Shown: positions 43,792 through 44,573 of the stretch, in pieces
Layout: every line of letters starts with the position of its first letter
Numbering within the stretch: position 1 is the first letter of the stretch
Assembly (NCBI GenBank): GCA_046292975.1
Contig: JBKBPW010000002.1
Location: 1-44,573 of the forward strand
Length of the DNA: 44,573 nucleotides
Source of the DNA: Thermodesulfovibrionales bacterium
GTDB lineage: Bacteria; Nitrospirota; Thermodesulfovibrionia; Thermodesulfovibrionales; CALJEL01
Direction of reading: 5' to 3'
The notes under the pieces: model-generated
What the model was told of the DNA's origin: nothing
The model's input: only the letters and a program-made list of their open reading frames with translations
Database searches by the model: none
Position numbers and translations under genes: made by a program

Positions 43792-44573
43792 CTTTGAGCT
43801 CCCTCACGATATTTTTAAAGACCCTTCCCCTGTCCTCAAAATCCCTGAACATATCAAAACTTGCACAGCCAGGGCTGAGAAGCACTGTATCCCCAGGAGA
43901 TGCAGTCAGGCGTGCCTTGTAAACCGCATCCCTCATATCAGAGGCAATCAAGGTCGGGACAAGGTCTCCGAGACTCTTCATGATCTTATCCCTTGCCTCT
44001 CCAAGGAGAATCAGTGTCTTTACCCTTTCTTTAATCAAAGGCCTCAGTACTGTAAAGTCTCCCTTTTTGTCCCTTCCACCTGCAATAAGTATCACATTAT
44101 AAAACCCCTCTATGGACTTCATGAGGGCACCAATATTGGTTCCCTTAGAATCATTGATATAATTGACACCATCAATCTCCTCAACAAACTCAGTCCTGTG
44201 TTCCAGTCCCCTGAACTCAGTGAGTATCCTTTCTATTGCCTCTCTATCAGCACCGGCAATAAAGGCCATAAGTGATGCTGCCATTGCATTTTCTATATTA
44301 TGAACTCCCTTTATCCTCATACCCTGAAGACTGATCATAAGATCCTTATCCTTAAACCTGAGCCTTATGCCTCCATCCTCAACATAGGCCCCTCTTACAG
44401 GACCTCTTCTACTAAAGTAAACCACCTCAGAAGAAAATCTATCTGACAATCCCATTAACTCGGTATCATCTCCATTAAGGACAAGAAAATCTCCTTCCTT
44501 CATATTAAGGCCAATGCGGGCCTTTGCCTCTCTGTATTGCACCATTGAGCTGTATCTGTCTAAATGGTCTGGT
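43772..44573 (-). CDS. murD: UDP-N-acetylmuramoylalanine--D-glutamate ligase MurD, 5'-truncated by window edge
   Basis: The frame stays open upstream of M44545 to the window end (...PDHLDRYSSM...). C-terminal Mur ligase motifs: NDSKGTN, AGGRDKKGDF and SPGCASFD. Confidence 0.9.
   Translation of the reverse strand, partial: PDHLDRYSSMVQYREAKARIGLNMKEGDFLVLNGDDTELMGLSDRFSSEVVYFSRRGPVRGAYVEDGGIRLRFKDKDLMISLQGMRIKGVHNIENAMAASLMAFIAGADREAIERILTEFRGLEHRTEFVEEIDGVNYINDSKGTNIGALMKSIEGFYNVILIAGGRDKKGDFTVLRPLIKERVKTLILLGEARDKIMKSLGDLVPTLIASDMRDAVYKARLTASPGDTVLLSPGCASFDMFRDFEDRGRVFKNIVRELKGGIRQD

Noticed and set aside
43727-44275. 182-aa plus-strand ORF
   Set aside because: It lies antisense to the ftsW/murD junction and the murD C-terminal domain, both of which have clear family motifs. 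It is a shadow ORF.

Overview
A 44.6-kb chromosomal window from an AT-rich bacterium whose gene content looks anaerobic (many c-type cytochromes, DsrE-like and HybA/HybB-like proteins). Taxonomy cannot be established from here. All product calls come from motif recognition in the supplied translations; no database search was possible.

Gene content, left to right:
- 5'-truncated RNase R, an SLT lytic transglycosylase, and nadA-ubiX.
- An orphan tetraheme cytochrome c, convergent with an aldehyde dehydrogenase and a methyltransferase.
- tRNA-Ala(GGC), malQ, a CNNM/CorC-type transporter, and an HMGL-family (homocitrate / Re-citrate synthase-like) gene.
- fabG-acpP-fabF-rnc, then copA.
- A DUF134 / DsrE-like pair, nfi, a methyltransferase, yajQ, and an FmdB zinc-ribbon gene.
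- A four-gene signalling operon: HEAT-repeat protein, HD-GYP, M48/M56 peptidase, membrane-anchored unknown.
- A seven-gene membrane redox module: two paralogous small membrane proteins, c3-type cytochrome, Tat-exported 4x[4Fe-4S] protein, NrfD/HybB-like membrane subunit, 13-heme cytochrome, cytochrome b.
- A NarL-type two-component system directly downstream of that module.
- ridA and the dcw cluster (ftsZ-ftsA-ftsQ-ddl-murB-murC-murG-ftsW-murD) on the minus strand.

Main points of interest:
1. The cytochrome / FeS / quinone-module operon, headed by two small proteins that share the C-terminal motif FGWRPxEAYLAGRKK.
2. Its adjacent sensor kinase, which carries a CxxCH heme-c motif in a Cache-like periplasmic domain. 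The kinase's N-terminal transmembrane segment lies in a different reading frame.
3. A HEAT-repeat protein and an HD-GYP protein that share an N-terminal domain, coupled to a membrane metalloprotease.
4. A dispersed family of modular palindromic intergenic elements built from 7-8-nt units, seen at seven or more loci. It includes a twin hairpin with a compensatory base-pair change and a MITE-like copy inside the dcw cluster that supplies the murB stop codon.

No CRISPR array, transposase, rRNA or recognisable defence system was seen.
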